A model generated the notes under the pieces. The model was not told the origin of the DNA. It did not search any database and saw only the letters and a list, made by a program, of their open reading frames with translations. The translations under genes and the position numbers were made by a program. From positions 3,941 to 67,940 of the forward strand of contig JBDHLB010000007.1 in NCBI GenBank assembly GCA_039586095.1: a DNA stretch of 64,000 nt, in the 5' to 3' direction. This stretch comes from Gemmatimonadota bacterium (GTDB lineage: Bacteria; Gemmatimonadota; Gemmatimonadetes; Palauibacterales; Palauibacteraceae). Positions 63,545-64,000 of this stretch are shown in pieces. Each line of letters begins with the position of its first letter. Position 1 is the stretch's first letter.

Positions 63545-64000
63545 TCGCCGGCTCCCCGGCTGCGTGCGGCCTGCACGCCCACACCCGTCTTTGCTCCTCG
63601 CGCGCCGGGGCTCGCGGCGCCGCTGCGAGCCATCTCCACACCCAGGGGATCGGCACCCGGATCGATCGCGATGATCCGATCGCGGATCGCGGACGCGTCC
63701 GTCGTGCCTTCCACCCGTTCGTGCCACAGTTCGAGGAGCTCGTCCACCGCTTTCTCGTGATGACCCGAGTCCACGTACGCCTCGATGAGGAAGTCGCGCG
63801 TCTCGTCGTCCGGGATCAACTCGTATAGCTCTTCGAGCGCCCCGAGCGCCTCATCGGCGTGGCCATCGTTCTGCAACGCCCGTGCGTACTCGGCGTAGGA
63901 CTGTCGGGCCTCTGCCGGGAGACCCGATCGGGCTAGAAGACGACCGGTTCGGCGGTGCGCGTGTACCTGATCGGGCGCGTTGCGCAAGATCTTCTTGCAC
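63541..64000 (-). CDS. TPR-like ORF continuing past the window end; possibly the N-terminal part of the large TPR gene, separated by a frameshift
   Basis: ...AEARQSYAEYARALQNDGHADEALGALEELYELIPDDETRDFLIEAYVDSGHHEKAVDELLELWHE... is helical-repeat-like. The frame stays open upstream beyond base 64000 (the reported M at 63987 is a TTG). Confidence 0.35.
   Translation of the reverse strand, partial: CKKILRNAPDQVHAHRRTGRLLARSGLPAEARQSYAEYARALQNDGHADEALGALEELYELIPDDETRDFLIEAYVDSGHHEKAVDELLELWHERVEGTTDASAIRDRIIAIDPGADPLGVEMARSGAASPGARGAKTGVGVQAARSRGAGE

Overview
This is a 64-kb window of high-GC (~68-70%) bacterial chromosome. It is densely packed with long co-directional gene arrays, and no rRNA, tRNA, CRISPR or mobile-element genes were found. 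The gene content (SusC/SusD pair, PEP-CTERM protein, TonB-dependent receptors, many TPR and FG-GAP/ASPIC proteins) suggests a Gram-negative of the Gemmatimonadota/Acidobacteria type; that taxonomic call is an inference.

Recognisable blocks, in order:
- a minus-strand operon of TPR-FG-GAP protein, ASPIC/UnbV protein, membrane pentaheme cytochrome and an OsmC-family peroxidase that appears to contain selenocysteine (an in-frame UGA with a hairpin downstream)
- a PEP-CTERM protein with a near-perfect 18-bp tandem repeat
- a SusC/SusD pair in which SusC is frameshifted
- the sulfate-activation genes cysQ-cysC-sat, with an internally deleted cysC
- a LemA/DUF2207 pair
- a GAF-GGDEF cyclase downstream of an anomalous AT-rich promoter-like island
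- a GCS2(amidoligase)-CBS fusion coupled to an AstE/AspA-type hydrolase
- a complete classical menaquinone operon (menF-D-B-A-E) with serial overlapping start/stop codons
- a housekeeping run (TBDR, lnt, rimO, lolA-like, ftsK, accBC, efp, pepP, aroQ, tatA, ispB) ending in very large acidic TPR proteins

Many long ORFs in the six-frame track are antisense or alternate-frame artefacts of the high GC content and were rejected.
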